Shown one piece after another: positions 32,701 to 47,700 of a DNA stretch of 64,000 nt. The notes under the pieces were generated by a model. It saw only the letters and a list, made by a program, of their open reading frames with translations, was not told the origin of the DNA and searched no databases. Source of the stretch: Balanoglossus misakiensis (Eukaryota; Animalia; Hemichordata); NCBI GenBank assembly GCA_040954595.2, contig CM082590.2, forward strand, positions 3,658,001 through 3,722,000, given 5' to 3'. A program made the position numbers and the translations under genes. Each line of letters begins with the position of its first letter. The stretch's first letter is position 1.

Positions 32701-35700
32701 TGGCTATCATGCCACATCTCCAGGCTTCCCCTGGCGGGACCTCGCTCAAGTCCCCGCCGAGTTAGAAAGGGAACGCACCGGTTCAGTGTTTGTAAGCAGG
32801 CGCGGTATGTAACGCATGGATACAGGAAAAGGAGGGATGGCTAACATGCTGCATCTCCAGGCTTCCCCTGGCGGGACCTCACTCAAGTCCCCGCCGAGTT
32901 AGAAAGGGAACGCACCGTATTGGTGTTCTGTAGCAGGCGCGGTATGTAACGCATAGAGACAGGAAAAGGAGGGATGGCTAGCATGCCGCGTCTCCAGGCT
33001 TCCCCTGGCGGGACCTCACTCAATTCCCCGCCGAGTTAGAAAGGGAACGCACCGTATTGGTGTAATGTAGCAGACGCGGTATGTAACGCATGGAGACAGG
33101 AAAAGGATGGGTGGCTAGCATGCCACATCTCCAGGCTTCCCCTGGCGGGACCTCACTCAAGTCCCCGCCGAGTTAGAAAGGGAACGCGTCTTGTCGGTGT
33201 TCTTTAGCAGGCGCGGTATGTAACCCATGGAGACAGGAAAAGGAGGGATGGCTAGCATGCCGCGTCTCCAGGCTTCCCCTGGCGGGACCTCGCTCAAGTC
33301 CCCGCCGAGTTAGAAATGGAACGCGTCGTGTCGGTGTTCTTTAGCAGGCGCGGTATGTAACCCATGGAGACAGGAAAAGGAGGGATGGCTAGCATGCCGC
33401 GTCTCCAGGCTTCCCCTGGCGGGACCTCGCTCAAGTCCCCGCCGAGTTAGAAAGGGAACGCGTCGTGTCGGTGTTCTTTAGCAGGCGCGGTATGTAACCC
33501 ATGGAGACAGGAAAAGGAGGGGTGGCTAGCATGCTGCATCTCCAGGCTTCCCCTGGCGGGACCTCACTCAAGTCCCCGCCGAGTTAGAAAGGGAACGCAC
33601 CGTATTGGTGTTCTGTAGCAGGCGCGGTATGTAACGCATAGAGACAGGAAAAGGAGGGGTGGCTAGCATGCCACATCTCCAGGCTTCCCCTGGCGAGACC
33701 TCACTCAATTCCCCGCCGAGTTAGAAAGGGAACGCACCGTATTGGTGTAATGTAGCAGACGCGGTATGTAACGCATGGAGACAGGAAAAGGATGGGTGGC
33801 TAGCATGCCACATCTCCAGGCTTCCCCTGGCGGGACCTCACTCAAGTCCCCGCCGAGTTAGAAAGGGAACGCGTCTTGTCGGTGTTCTTTAGCAGGCGCG
33901 GTATGTAACCCATGGAGACAGGAAAAGGAGGGATGGCTAGCATGCCGCGTCTCCAGGCTTCCCCTGGCGGGACCTCGCTCAAGTCCCCGCCGAGTTAGAA
34001 ATGGAACGCGTCGTGTCGGTGTTCTTTAGCAGGCGCGGTATGTAACCCATGGAGACAGGAAAAGGAGGGATGGCTAGCATGCCGCGTCTCCAGGCTTCCC
34101 CTGGCGGGACCTCGCTCAAGTCCCCGCCGAGTTAGAAAGGGAACGCGTCGTGTCGGTGTTCTTTACAGGCGCGGTATGTAACCCATGGAGACAGGAAAAG
34201 GAGGGATGGCTAGCATGCCGCGTCTCCAGGCTTCCCCTGGCGGGACCTCACTCAAGTCCCCGCCGAGTTAGAAAGGGAACGCGTCGTGTCGGTGTTCTGT
34301 AGCAGGCGCAGTATGTAACCCATGGAGACAGGAAAAGGATGGGTGGCTAGCATGCCACATCTCCAGGCTTCCCCTGGCGGGACCTCGCTCAAGTCCCCGC
34401 CGAGTTAGAAAGGGAACGCGTCGTGTCGGTGTTCTGTAGCAGGCGCAGTATGTAACCCATGGAGACAGGAAAAGGATGGGTGGCTAGCGTGCCACATCTC
34501 CAGGCTTCCCCTGGCGGGACCTCACTCAAGTCCCCGCCGAGTTAGAAAGGGAACGCGTCGTGTCGGTGTTCTGTAGCAGGCGCAGTATGTAACCCATGGA
34601 GACAGGAAAAGGAGGGGTGGCTAGCATGCCACATCTCCAGGCTTCCCCTGGCGGAACCTCGCTCAAGTCCCCGCCGAGTCAGAAAGGGAACGCATCGTAT
34701 TGGTGTTCTGTAGCAGGCGCAGTATGTAACCCATGGAGACAGGAAAAGGAGGGATGGCTAGCATGCCGCGTCTCCAGGCTTCCCCTGGCGGGACCTCGCT
34801 CAAGTCCCCGCCGAGTTAGAAAGGGAACGCGTCGTGTCGGTGATCTTTAGCAGGCGCAGTATGTAACCCATGGAGACAGGAAAAGGATGGGTGGCTAGCA
34901 TGCCACATCTCCAGGCTTCCCCTGGCGGGACCTCGCTCAAGTCCCCGCCGAGTCAGAAAGGGAACGCATCGTATTGGTGTTCTGTAGCAGGCGCAGTATG
35001 TAACCCATGGAGACAGGAAAAGGAGGGATGGCTAGCATGCCGCGTCTCCAGGCTTCCCCTGGCGGGACCTCGCTCAAGTCCCCGCCGAGTTAGAAAGGGA
35101 ACGCGTCGTGTCGGTGTTCTTTGGCAGGCGCGGTATGTAACGCATGGAGACAGGAAAAGGAGGGATGGCTAGCATGCCGCGTCTCCAGGCTTCCCCTGGC
35201 AGGACCTCGCTCAAGTCCCCGCCGAGTTAGAAAGGGAACGCGCCGTGTCAGTGTCCTTTAGCAGGCGCGGTATGTAACGCATGGAGACAGGAAAAGGAGG
35301 GATGGCTAGCATGCCACATCTCCAGGCTTCCCCTGGCGGGACCTCGCTCAAGTCCCCGCCGAGTTAGAAAGGGAACGCACCGTATTGGTGTTCTGTAGCA
35401 GGCGCGGTATGTAACCCATGCAGACAGGAAAAGGAGGGGTGGCTAGCATGCTGCATCTCCAGGCCTCCCCTGGCGGGACCTCGCTCAAGTCCCCGCCGAG
35501 TTAGAAAAGGAACGCACGGTATTGGTGTTCTGTAGCAGGCGCGGTATGTAACCCATGCAGACAGGAAAAGGAGGGGTGGCTAGCATGCTGCATCTCCAGG
35601 CTTCCCCTGGCGGGACCTCGCTCAAGTCCCCGCCGAGTTAGAAAGGGAACGCGTCGTGTCGGTGTTCTTTAGCAGGCGCAGTATGTAACCCATGGAGACA

Positions 35701-38700
35701 GGAAAAGGAGGGATGGCTAGCATGCCGCGTCTCCAGGCTTCTCCTGGCGGGACCTCGCTCAAGTCCCCGCCGAGTTAGAAATGGAACGCGTCGTGTCGGT
35801 GTTCTTTAGCAGGCGCGGTATGTAACCCATGGAGACAGGAAAAGGAGGGATGGCTAGCATGCCGCGTCTCCAGGCTTCCACTGGCGGGACCTCGCTCAAG
35901 TCCCCGCCGAGTTAGAAAGGGAACGCATCGTGTCGGTGTTCTTTAGCAGGCGCGGTATGTAACCCATGGAGACAGGAAAAGGAGGGATGGCTAGCATGCC
36001 GCGTCTCCAGGCTTCCCCTGGCGGGACCTCACTCAAGTCCCCGCCGAGTTAGAAAGGGAACGCGTCGTGTCGGTGTTCTGTAGCAGGCGCAGTATGTAAC
36101 CCATGGAGACAGGAAAAGGATGGGTGGCTAGCATGCCACATCTCCAGGCTTCCCCTGGCGGGACCTCGCTCAAGTCCCCGCCGAGTTAGAAAGGGAACGC
36201 GTCGTGTCGGTGTTCTGTAGCAGGCGCAGTATGTAACCCATGGAGACAGGAAAAGGAGGGGTGGCTAGCATGCCACATCTCCAGGCTTCCCCTGGCGGAA
36301 CCTCGCTCAAGTCCCCAACCGAGTCAGAAAGGGAACGCATCGTATTGGTGTTCTGTAGCAGGCGCAGTATGTAACCCATGGAGACAGGAAAAGGAGGGAT
36401 GGCTAGCATGCCGCGTCTCCAGGCTTCCCCTGGCGGGACCTCGCTCAAGTCCCCGCCAAGTTAGAAAGGGAACGCGTCGTGTCGGTGTTCTTTAGCAGGC
36501 GCAGTATGTGACCGATGGAGACAGGAAAAGGATGGGTGGCTAGCATGCCACATCTCCAGGCTTCCCCTGGCGGGACCTCGCTCAAGTCCCCGCCGAGTCA
36601 GAAAGGGAACGCGTCGTATTGGTGTTCTGTAGCAGGCGCAGTATGTAACCCATGGAGACAGGAAAAGGAGGGATGGCTAGCATGCCGCGTCTCCAGGCTT
36701 CCCCTGGCGGGACCTCGCTCAAGTCCCCGCCGAGTTAGAAAGGGAACGCGTCGTGTCGGTGTTCTTTAGCAGGCGCGGTATGTAACGCATGGAGACAGGA
36801 AAAGGAGGGATGGCTAGCATGCCGCGTCTCCAGGCTTCCCCTGGCAGGACCTCGCTCAAGTCCCCGCCGAGTTAGAAAGGGAACGCGCCGTGTCAGTGTC
36901 CTTTAGCAGGCGCGGTATGTAACGCATGGAGACAGGAAAAGGAGGGATGGCTAGCATGCCGCGTCTCCAGGCTTCCCCTGGCGGGACCTCGCTCAAGTCC
37001 CCGCCGAGTCAGAAAGGGAACGCGTCGTGTCGGTGTTCTTTAGCAGGCGCGGTATGTAACCCATGGAGACAGGAAAAGGAGGGGTGGCTAGCATGCCACA
37101 TCTCCAGGCTTCCCCTGGCGGGACCTCACTCAAGTCCCCGCCGAGTTAGAAAGGGAACGCACCGTGTCGGTGTTCTTTAGCAGGCGCGGTATGTAACGCA
37201 TGGATACAGGAAAAGGAGGGATGGCTAGCATGCCACATCTCCAGGCTTCCCCTGGCGGGACCTCGCTCAAGTCCCCGCCGAGTTAGAAAGGGAACGCGCC
37301 GTGTCGGTGTTCTGTAGCAGGCGCGGTATGTAACGCATGGAGACAGGAAAAGGAGGTATGGCTAGCATGCCACATCTCCAGGCTTCCCCTGGCGGGACCT
37401 CGCTCAAGTCCCCGCTGAGTTAGAAAGGGAACGCACCGGTTCAGTGTTTGTAAGCAGGCGCGGTATGTAACGCATGGATACAGGAAAAGGAGGGATGGCT
37501 AACATGCCGCATCTCCAGGCTTCCCCTGGCGGGACCTCGCCCAAGTCCCCGCCGAGTTAGAAAGGGAACGCGCCGTGTCGGTGTTCTTTAGCAGGCGCAG
37601 TATGTAACCGATGGAGACAGGAAAAGGATGGGTGGCTAGCATGCCACATCTCCAGGCTTCCCCTGGCGGGACCTCGCTCAAGTCCCCGCCGAGTTAGAAA
37701 GGGAACGAGTCGTATTGGTGTTCTGTAGCAGGCGCAGTATGTAACCCATGGAGACAGGAAAAGGAGGGATGGCTAGCATGCCGCGTCTCCAGGCTTCCCC
37801 TGGCGGGACCTCGCTCAAGTCCCCGCCGAGTTAGAAAGGGAACGCGTCGTGTCGGTGTTCTTTAGCAGGCGCGGTATGTAACGCATGGAGACAGGAAAAG
37901 GAGGGATGGCTAGCATGCCGCGTCTCCAGGCTTCCCCTGGCGGGACCTCGCTCAAGTCCCCGCCGAGTTAGAAAGGGAACGCGTCGTGTCGGTGTTCTTT
38001 AGCAGGCGCGGTATGTAACGCATGGAGACAGGAAAAGGAGGGATGGCTAGCATGCCGCGTCTCCAGGCTTCCCCTGGCAGGACCTCGCTCAAGTCCCCGC
38101 CGAGTTAGAAAGGGAACGCGCCGTGTCAGTGTCCTTTAGCAGGCGCGGTATGTAACGCATGGAGACAGGAAAAGGAGGGATGGCTAGCATGCCGCGTCTC
38201 CAGGCTTCCCCTGGCGGGACCTCGCTCAAGACCCCGCCGAGTCAGAAAGGGAACGCGTCGTGTCGGTGTTCTTTAGCAGGCGCGGTATGTAACCCATGGA
38301 GACAGGAAAAGGAGGGGTGGCTAGCATGCCACATCTCCAGGCTTCCCCTGGCGGGACCTCACTCAAGTCCCCGCCGAGTTAGAAAGGGAACGCACCGTGT
38401 CGGTGTTCTTTAGCAGGCGCGGTATGTAACGCATGGATACAGGAAAAGGAGGGATGGCTAGCATGCCACATCTCCAGGCTTCCCCTGGCGGGACCTCGCT
38501 CAAGTCCCCGCCGAGTTAGAAAGGGAACGCGCCGTGTCGGTGTTCTGTAGCAGGCGCGGTATGTAACGCATGGAGACAGGAAAAGGAGGTATGGCTAGCA
38601 TGCCACATCTCCAGGCTTCCCCTGGCGGGACCTCGCTCAAGTCCCCGCTGAGTTAGAAAGGGAACGCACCGGTTCAGTGTTTGTAAGCAGGCGCGGTATG

Positions 38701-41700
38701 TAACGCATGGATACAGGAAAAGGAGGGATGGCTAACATGCCGCATCTCCAGGCTTCCCCTGGCGGGACCTCGCCCAAGTCCCCGCCGAGTTAGAAAGGGA
38801 ACGCGCCGTGTCGGTGTTCTTTAGCAGGCGCGGTATGTAACGCATGGAGACAGAAAAAGGAGGGGTGGCTAGCATGCTGCATCTCCAGGCTTCCCCTGGC
38901 GGGACCTCACTCAAGTCCCCGCCGAGTTAGAAAGGGAACGCACGGTATTGGTGTTCTGTAGCAGGCGCGGTATGTAACCCATGCAGACAGGAAAAGGAGG
39001 GGTGGCTAGCATGCTGCATCTCCAGGCTTCCCCTGGCGGGACCTCACTCAAGTCCCCGCCGAGTTAGAAAGGGAACGCACCGTATTGGTGTTCTGTAGCA
39101 GGCGCGGTATGTAACGCATAGAGACAGGAAAAGGAGGGGTGGCTAGCATGCCACATCTCCAGGCTTCCCCTGGCGGGACCTCACTCAATTCCCCGCCGAG
39201 TTAGAAAGGGAACGCACCGTATTGGTGTTCTGTAGCAGACGCGGTATGTAACGCATGGAGACAGGAAAAGGATGGGTGGCTAGCATGCCACATCTCCAGG
39301 CTTCCCCTGGCAGGACCTCACTCAAGTCCCCGCCGAGTTAGAAAGGGAACGCGTCGTGTCGGTGTTCTTTAGCAGGCGCGGTATGTAACCCATGGATACA
39401 GGAAAAGGAGGGATGGCTAGCATGCCACATCTCCAGGCTTCCCCTGGCGGGACCTCGCTCAAGTCCCCGCCGAGTTAGAAAGGGAACGCACCGTATTGGT
39501 GTTCTGTAGCAGGCGCGGTATGTAACGCATAGAGACAGGAAAAGGAGGGGTGGCTAGCATGCCACATCTCCAGGCTTCCCCTGGCGGGACCTCACTCAAT
39601 TCCCCGCCGAGTTAGAAAGGGAACGCACCGTATTGGTGTTCTGTAGCAGACGCGGTATGTAACGCATGGAGACAGAAAAAGGAGGGGTGGCTAACATGCC
39701 GCATCTCCAGGCTTCCCCTGGCGGGACCTCGCCCAAGTCCCCGCCGAGTTATAAAGGGAACGCGCCGTGTCGGTGTTCTTTAGCAGGCGCGGTATGTAAC
39801 GCATGGATACAGGAAAAGGAGGGATGGCTAACATGCCACATCTCCAGGCTTCCCCTGGCGGGACCTCGCCTAAGTCCCCGCCGAGTTAGAAAGGGAACGT
39901 GCCGTGTCGGTGTTCTTTAGCAGGCGCGGTATGTAACGCATGGATACAGGAAAAGGAGGGATGGCTAGCATGCCACATCTCCAGGCTTCCCCTGGCGGGA
40001 CCTCGCTCAAGTCCCCGCCGAGTTAGAAAGGGAACGCACCGTATTGGTGTTCTGTAGCAGGCGCGGTATGTAACGCATAGAGACAGGAAAAGGAGGGGTG
40101 GCTAGCATGCCACATCTCCAGGCTTCCCCTGGCGGGACCTCACTCAATTCCCCGCCGAGTTAGAAAGGGAACGCACCGTATTGGTGTTCTGTAGCAGACG
40201 CGGTATGTAACGCATGGAGACAGGAAAAGGATGGGTGGCTAGCATGCCACATATCCAGGCTTCCCCTGGCGGGACCTCACTCAAGTCCCCGCCGAGTTAG
40301 AAAGGGAACGCGTCTTGTCGGTGTTCTTTAGCAGGCGCGGTATGTAACCCATGGAGACAGGAAAAGGAGGGATGGCTAGCATGCCGCGTCTCCAGGCTTC
40401 CCCTGGCGGGACCTCGCTCAAGTCCCCGCCGAGTTAGAAAGGGAACGCGTCGTGTCGGTGTTCTTTAGCAGGCGCGGTATGTAACGCATGGAGACAGGAA
40501 AAGGAGGGATGGCTAGCATGCCGCGTCTCCAGGCTTCCCCTGGCGGGACCTCGCCCAAGTCCCCGCCGAGTTAGAAAGGGAACGCACCGTATTGGTGTTC
40601 TGTAGCAGACGCGGTATGTAACGCATGGAGACAGAAAAAGGAGGGGTGGCTAACATGCCGCATCTCCAGGCTTCCCGTGGCGGGACCTCGCCCAAGTCCC
40701 CGCCGAGTTAGAAAGGGAACGCGCCGTGTCGGTGTTCTTTAGCAGGCGCGGTATGTAACGCATGGATACAGGAAAAGGAGGGATGGCTAACATGCCACAT
40801 CTCCAGGCTTCCCCTGGCGGGACCTCGCCCAAGTCCCCGCCGAGTTAGAAAGGGAACGCGCCGTGTCGGTGTTCTTTAGCAGGCGCGGTATGTAACGCAT
40901 GGATACAGGAAAAGGAGGGATGGCTAGCATGCCACATCTCCAGGCTTCCCCTGGCGGGACCTCGCTCAAGTCCCGCCGAGTTAGAAAGGGAACGCACCGT
41001 ATTGGTGTTCTGTAGCAGGCGCGGTATGTAACCCATGCAGACAGGAAAAGGAGGGGTGGCTAGCATGCTGCATCTCCAGGCCTCCCCTGGCGGGACCTCG
41101 CTCAAGTCCACGCCGAGTTAGAAAGGGAACGCACGGTATTGGTGTTCTGTAGCAGGCGCGGTATGTAACCCATGCAGACAGGAAAAGGAGTGGTGGCTAA
41201 CATGCCACATCTCCAGGCTTCCCCTGGCGGGACCTCGCCCAAGTCCCCGCCGAGTTAGAAAGGGAACGTGCCGTGTCGGTGTTCTTTAGCAGGCGCGGTA
41301 TGTAACGCATGGATACAGGAAAAGGAGGGATGGCTAGCATGCCACATCTCCAGGCTTCCCCTGGCGGGACCTCGCTCAAGTCCCCGCCGAGTTAAAAAGG
41401 GAACGCACCGTATTGGTGTTCTGTAGCAGGCGCGGTATGTAACGCATAGAGACAGGAAAAGGAGGGGTGGCTAGCATGCCACATCTCCAGGCTTCCCCTG
41501 GCGGGACCTCGCTCAAGTCCCCGCCGAGTTAGAAAGGGAACGCACCGTATTGGTGTTCTGTAGCAGGCGCGGTATGTAACGCATAGAGACAGGAAAAGGA
41601 GGGGTGGCTAGCATGCCACATCTCCAGGCTTCCCCTGGCGGGACCTCACTCAATTCCCCGCCGAGTTAGAAAGGGAACGCGTCTTGTCGGTGTTCTTTAG

Positions 41701-44700
41701 CAGACGCGGTATGTAACGCATGGAGACAGGAAAAGGATGGGTGGCTAGCATGCCACATCTCCAGGCTTCCCCTGGCGGGACCTCACTCAAGTCCCCGCCG
41801 AGTTAGAAAGGGAACGCGTCTTGTCGGTGTTCTTTAGCAGGCGCGGTATGTAACCCATGGAGACAGGAAAAGGAGGGATGGCTAGCATGCCGCGTCTCCA
41901 GGCTTCCCCTGGCGGGACCTCGCTCAAGTCCCCGCCGAGTTAGAAAGGGAACGCGTCGTGTCGGTGTTCTTTAGCAGGCGCGGTATGTAACGCATGGAGA
42001 CAGGAAAAGGAGGGATGGCTAGCATGCCGCGTCTCCAGGCTTCCCCTGGCGGGACCTCGCCCAAGTCCCCACCGAGTTAGAAAGGGAACGCGCCGTGTCG
42101 GTGTTCTTTAGCAGGCGCGGTATGTAACGCATGGATACAGGAAAAGGAGGGATGGCTAACATGCCACATCTCCAGGCTTCCCCTGGCGGGACCTCGCCCA
42201 AGTCCCCGCCGAGTTAGAAAGGGAACGCGCCGTGTCGGTGTTCTTTAGCAGGCGCGGTATGTAACGCATGGATACAGGAAAAGGAGGGATGGCTAGCATG
42301 CCACATCTCCAGGCTTCCCCTGGCGGGACCTCGCTCAAGTCCCCGCCGAGTTAGAAAGGGAACGCACCGTATTGGTGTTCTGTAGCAGGCGCGGTATGTA
42401 ACCCATGCAGACAGGAAAAGGAGGGGTGGCTAGCATGCTGCATCTCCAGGCCTCCCCTGGCGGGACCTCGCTCAAGTCCCCGCCGAGTTAGAAAGGGAAC
42501 GCACGGTATTGGTGTTCTGTAGCAGGCGCGGTATGTAACCCATGCAGACAGGAAAAGGAGTGGTGGCTAGCATGCTGCATCTCCAGGCTTCCCCTGGCGG
42601 GACCTCACTCAAGTCCCCGCCGAGTTAGAAAGGGAACGCACGGTATTGGTGTTCTGTAGCAGGCGCGGTATGTAACCCATGCAGACAGGAAAAGGAGGGG
42701 TGGCTAGCATGCTGCATCTCCAGGCCTCCCCTGGCGGGACCTCGCTCAATTCCCCGCCGAGTTAGAAAGGGAACGCACGGTATTGGTGTTCTGTAGCAGG
42801 CGCGGTATGTAACCCATGCAGACAGGAAAAGGAGGGGTGGCTAGCATGCTGCATCTCCAGGCTTCCCCTGGCGGGACCTCACTCAAGTCCCCGCCGAGTT
42901 AGAAAGGGAACGCACGGTATTGGTGTTCTGTAGCAGGCGCGGTATGTAACCCATGCAGACAGGAAAAGGAGTGGTGGCTAGCATGCTGCATCTCCAGGCT
43001 TCCCCTGGCGGGACCTCACTCAAGTCCCCGCCGAGTTAGAAAGGGAACGCACGGTATTGGTGTTCTGTAGCAGGCGCGGTATGTTACCCATGCAGACAGG
43101 AAAAGGAGGGGTGGCTAGCATGCTGCATCTCCAGGCTTCCCCTGGCGGGACCTCACTCAAGTCCCCGCCGAGTTAGAAAGGGAACGCACCGTATTGGTGT
43201 TCTGTAGCAGGCGCGGTATGTAACCCATGCAGACAGGAAAAGGAGGGGTGGCTAGCATGCTGCATCTCCAGGCCTCCCCTGGCGGGACCTCGCTCAAGTC
43301 CCCGCCGAGTTAGAAAGGGAACGCACGGTATTGGTGTTCTGTAGCAGGCGCGGTATGTAACCCATGCAGACAGGAAAAGGAGGGGTGGCTAGCATGCTGC
43401 ATCTCCAGGCTTCCCCTGGCGGGACCTCACTCAAGTCCCCGCCGAGTTAGAAAGGGAACGCACCGTATTGGTGTTCTGTAGCAGGCGCGGTATGTAACGC
43501 ATAGAGACAGGAAAAGGAGGGGTGGCTAGCATGCTGCATCTCCAGGCTTCCCCTGGCGGGACCTCACTCAAGTCCCCGCCGAGTTAGAAAGGGAACGCAC
43601 CGTATTGGTGTTCTGTAGCAGGCGCGGTATGTAACCCATGCAGACAGGAAAAGGAGGGGTGGCTAGCATGCTGCATCTCCAGGCCTCCCCTGGCGGGACC
43701 TCACTCAAGTCCCCGCTGAGTTAGAAAGGGAACACACCGTATTGGTGTTCTGTAGCAGGCGCGGTATGTAACCCATGCATACAGGAAAAGGAGGGGTGGC
43801 TAGCATGCTGCATCTCCAGGCCTCCCCTGGCGGGACCTCACTCAAGTCCCCGCCGAGTAAGAAAGGGAACGCACCGTATTGGTGTTCTGTAGCAGGCGCG
43901 GTATGTAACCCATGCAGACAGGAAAAGGAGGGGTGGCTAGCATGCTGCATCTCCAGGCTTCCCCTGGCGGGACCTCACTCAAGTCCCCGCCGAGTTAGAA
44001 AGGGAACGCACCGTATTGGTGTTCTGTAGCAGGCGCGGTATGTAACCCATGCAGACAGGAAAAGGAGGGGTGGCTAGCATGCTGCATCTCCAGGCTTCCC
44101 CTGGCGGGACCTCACTCAAGTCCCCGCCGAGTTAGAAAGGGAACGCACCGTATTGGTGTTCTGTAGCAGGCGCGGTATGTAACCCATGCAGACAGGAAAA
44201 GGAGGGATGGCTAACATGCCACATCTCCAGGCCTCCCCTGGCGGGACCTCACTCAAGTCCCCGCCGAGTTAGAAAGGGAACGCACCGTATTGGTGTTCTG
44301 TAGCAGACGCGGTATGTAACGCATGGAGACAGGAAAAGGAGTGGTGGCTAGCATGCTGCATCTCCAGGCTTCCCCTGGCGGGACCTCACTCAAGTCCCCG
44401 CCGAGTTAGAAAGGGAACGCACCGTATTGGTGTTCTGTAGCAGGCGCGGTATGTAACCCATGCAGACAGGAAAAGGAGGGGTGGCTAGCATGCTGCATCT
44501 CCAGGCTTCCCCTGGCGGGACCTCACTCAATTCCCCGCCGAGTTAGAAAGGGAACGCACCGTATTGGTGTTCTGTAGCAGGCGCGGTATGTAACCCATGC
44601 AGACAGGAAAAGGAGGGGTGGCTAGCATGCTGCATCTCCAGGCTTCCCCTGGCGGGACCTCACTCAAGTCCCCGCCGAGTTAGAAAGGGAACGCACCGTA

Positions 44701-47700
44701 TTGGTGTTCTGTAGCAGGCGCGGTATGTAACCCATGCAGACAGGAAAAGGAGGGGTGGCTAGCATGCTGCATCTCCAGGCTTCCCCTGGCGGGACCTCAC
44801 TCAAGTCCCCGCCGAGTTAGAAAGGGAACGCACCGTATTGGTGTTCTGTAGCAGGCGCGGTATGTAACCCATGCAGACAGGAAAAGGAGGGGTGGCTAGC
44901 ATGCTGCATCTCCAGGCTTCCCCTGGCGGGACCTCGCTCAATTCCCCGCCGAGTTAGAAAGGTAACGCACAGTATTGGTGTTCTGTAGCAGGCGCGGTAT
45001 GTAACCCATGCAGACAGGAAAAGGAGGGGTGGCTAGCATGCTGCATCTCCAGGCTTCCCCTGGCGGGACCTCACTCAAGTCCCCGCCGAGTTAGAAAGGG
45101 AACGCACCGTATTGGTGTTCTGTAGCAGGCGCGGTATGTAACCCATGCAGACAGGAAAAGGAGGGGTGGCTAGCATGCTGCATCTCCAGGCTTCCCCTGG
45201 TGGGACCTCGCTCAATTCCCCGCCGAGTTAGAAAGGGAACGCACCGTATTGGTGTTCTGTAGCAGGCGCGGTATGTAACCCATGCAGACAGGAAAAGGAG
45301 GGGTGGCTAGCATGCTGCATCTCCAGGCTTCCCCTGGCGGGACCTCACTCAAGTCCCCGCCGAGTTAGAAAGGGAACGCACCGTATTGGTGTTCTGTAGC
45401 AGGCGCGGTATGTAACCCATGCAGACAGGAAAAGGAGGGGTGGCTAGCATGCTGCATCTCCAGGCTTCCCCTGGCGGGACCTCACTCAAGTCCCCGCCGA
45501 GTTAGAAAGGGAACGCACCGTATTGGTGTTCTGTAGCAGGCGCGGTATGTAACCCATGCAGACAGGAAAAGGAGGGGTGGCTAGCATGCTGCATCTCCAG
45601 GCCTCCCCTGGCGGGACCTCACCCTTACCAAACCTGCAGATCTGCAGAGAGCTGCTGCAGCTCTGATTTAGAGCTGTGTCAGCTATCCACAGCTCATCTG
45701 CAGGTCTGCAATGGTTGTTCTGAGCTGTCATTTGTTGGCAGCAGACCAAATTCTCTTTGACAGCTTTTTTAGAACATTGTGTAGACAAACGGCAGCTCTA
45801 CGCAGTTAACTCACAGCTCTAAAACAGCAGGGAACAATGCCTTCTGTAAATTTCAATATGATAAGACTTTCTGCAGCTCAGACAAGTGCAAAAGCCAGTA
45901 CCCCGCAGCTCACGTACTGCAAAATGAAGTTTTGGTGTATGTAATATTGCATGAAGGCCTTTATCTATATATTAACTATAGTAATTCATGACACGTAAAA
46001 TGTATCTTTCCAGATAATGCATTAATTGACATAGTTGATTTTTTAAATAACTTTTACATGTTAGTTGATGAAATAGTCATATTCTCTGTTGAAGTTTGAA
46101 AAATTCTGAAGTTGGAAAATTTCATAATATATTTTTTTTCTGAATAATTAACACTTCCCCAAGGAATAAAAAGCATTTTTTTGTAATTTTGTACTGCAAT
46201 ATCACTCAAAATAAAGTTCTCACTCTTTTTTTAGAGATCACGATTTTAATACAAATTTTCCACGATTTATTTATATTTTTTCACCGCAATCTACAACCCT
46301 TGCAAGTTTTACTGGCCGAAGTACAATACTTGACTTTTGACCCGGGACGTCATTACCATACGTAACCGGATTGGTCCATTCATAATAGCGTCATTGAACA
46401 GTTAATACTTAGCGCGCGAGTCCACAGCGTAGACACGGAAGTCAATGTCGGAAAGCCATTTCGACGCAGTTTTGACAAAATTTGTGAAATCCTTTCGCTG
46501 TTCCGACTACTTTATGCGTCAGAGATGATGTGCGGATATCAAAACACGCAAGATCATGACAAGGGAGGTCAGCCACGTACGTTCATCGCGCGCATCGGTC
46601 GACGCGGTCATCACAATGTGGCCGCCATTCTCGATGTCAGTAAACGCAGTCGCATTCAAACACATCGCGTTTTGATATGATCCGGACGATTGTAAGTACC
46701 AAAGGCGTTTTGAACCAACACCTACTATTGTGGTGCATCCATTGATAGCTGTTGATTTGCCCGTACTCATTACAAGAAATCTGGATCGCCATTCAAGTAC
46801 GACGATGCGTGGACGTGCATCCGCGAAAATGGTTCATTCAAAATGGCGTGGACATTGCATGTACGTTGCATAATAATATCGTTCCCGTACAGAAATGTGC
46901 AACAGCATGCCTCGGATATCTTTATTATTGCCGTGAAACCACTGACTATATTCTGATCGCAGTGACCACATTTCCATCGAACTTTAGATTACAAGTGTTT
47001 GTACATGGCTAGTCGAACTGTACCCTATGTAGCTCTATCATTTTATCCTTCATTTTATTTTTACTGTACTGTACAAAAGAACTTAAAGTTTACAATTAGC
47101 AATATATTGAATTTTAGTTTTATTGAACATTAATTGTATTGACTGTTTTTTCACATTGTGTGGGTAAGTGTGTGTGTGTATGTATGACTATGTATGAGCT
47201 GTCATGAGATGAGCTGTGATGTCTGCCCTTGAGCTGTGGATTGTCTGCCCCAGCAGAGCTGTGGGTTGCCTGCGAGGGGTCTGCCCCTGAGCTGTGGGTT
47301 GTCTGCCCATGCAGCTCATAGCTCATTATATATTCACCAATTCAGCTCTCTGCAGCTCTATGGATTAGGCTGCAGGATGTCTGTTTCTGCAGAGCTGCCT
47401 CAGCTTTTCAGCAGCTCTTTGCAGAGCTGCAGGTTTGGTAAGGGCACTCAAGTCCCCGCCGAGTTAGAAAGGGAACGCATCGTATTGGTGTTCTGTAGCA
47501 GGCGCGGTATGTAACCCATGCAGACATGAAAAGGAGGGGTGGCTAGCATGCCACATCTCCAGGCTTCCCCTGGCGGGACCTCACTCAAGTCCCCGCCGAG
47601 TTAGAAAGGGAACGCACCGTATTGGTGTTCTGTAGCAGGCGCGGTATGTAACCCATGCAGACAGGAAAAGGAGGGGTGGCTAGCATGCTGCATCTCCAGG

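Noticed and set aside
46660-46760. PTIVVHPLIA, vaguely like a RecQ helicase motif
   Set aside because: Too short, with no Walker A or continuous frame around it.
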